DNA of 64,000 nucleotides from a virus (Duplodnaviria; Caudoviricetes): IMG/VR virus record IMGVR_UViG_3300043694_000018, positions 15,318 to 79,317 of that record; one strand, 5' to 3'. Shown piece by piece: positions 63,342 to 64,000 of this stretch (position 1 is its first letter; each line of letters starts with the position of its first letter). The notes under the pieces were generated by a model. It saw only the letters and a program-made list of their open reading frames with translations, ran no database searches and was not told where the DNA came from. The position numbers and the translations under genes were made by a program.

Positions 63342-64000
63342 GTAAGGTGCGGCTCGTGCGGACAGCGGGAGGCCCCAACCACCCGTTGCTCGGTCGGCCC
63401 CCACTCTCCCCCAGAAAGCAGGTGCCAACGGCCGGGCTCACGCACACCTTTCCCGGCCTGACCGAAAGCGTACAGTACCACCCGTGCGGACAGCGGCGGC
63501 GTCTCACTACCCACCCCTTGCTGCCGTTGCCGGGCTAAGGCGTCCTTCCTGCCCCCCAAGGTGTCGGCCGTCTCCCCCACAGCCCGGCTAACGCACGCTC
63601 TTGCCATGGTCGACATGCCCTGATAAGCGGACATCGAGGAACACAGGACGATGGAACTCGGTCAGGGATCGGGCGTTGGCACGGGGCTTGCGGGACATCC
63701 CCTCACGCACCACGTCTTCGCCAGCCCTTTCCCGGTTCGGATGTCAACCACCGCATAGGAGCTATCCACAGCACAATTTGTTCGATGAGAGCTTGCGCTG
63801 GGCCGCCCTGACGGCGCAGCGTGGGGCTGTGCGGGGAAAGCGGCGACGGTCGTTTCCTCGTCCCAGATCACTTCGACCCTGTCGTGATCTGGAAGGGATA
63901 CCCGCACTCCTCGCCCTCTTTCGACAGGGTCCTGCCCATGATGTTGCAATTCGAGGTCCGTCTGGTTCCAGTCCTCGGACACTGACCAGTGTCCGGGCTC

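Noticed and set aside
63662-63982. Minus-strand 106-aa ORF from the track
   Set aside because: Atypical codon use, no RBS or motif, and opposite to the local plus-strand signals.
1-64000. tRNA, rRNA, IS/transposase, integrase, terminase or portal genes
   Set aside because: No supporting motifs seen by eye; packaging genes probably lie upstream of base 1. A tRNAscan or HMM run would be needed to exclude them formally.

Overview
The window is a contiguous part of a GC-rich (about two-thirds GC by eye, not computed) contractile-tailed dsDNA phage or prophage, probably infecting an alphaproteobacterium (GapR-like and DUF3309-like genes). No terminase, portal, integrase, tRNA, CRISPR array or reverse transcriptase is visible. 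1-32.7 kb (+): two head-associated multi-domain effector proteins (ART-like + zincin; GNAT + ParB/Srx-like), a NUDIX-prohead protease fusion, capsid, neck, sheath, tube, tape measure, baseplate, several fibre/RBP genes and an M15 endolysin. 32.7-61.0 kb (-): about 60 mostly small early genes, including an FkbM methyltransferase, a RecE-like exonuclease + AAA ATPase, a second ART-like gene and a TOPRIM / ParB-like / HTH trio. 61.3-63.3 kb (+): a divergent block (Cro-like, GapR-RMF-like, RuvC-like). The strongest unexplained signals are non-coding. (i) About 15 copies of a palindrome GCCC-(AT-rich 8 nt)-GGGC, seen only in the early region and often wrapped around a promoter -10 box. (ii) An exact 53-bp copy of the HTH gene interior, with a perfect 20-bp palindrome, placed 52 kb away behind the capsid gene. 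(iii) A covarying hairpin leader element in three copies. (iv) A hairpin whose loop is complementary to the ACACAGGA leader motif of ten early genes. Family assignments come from motif recognition only; no database searches were run.
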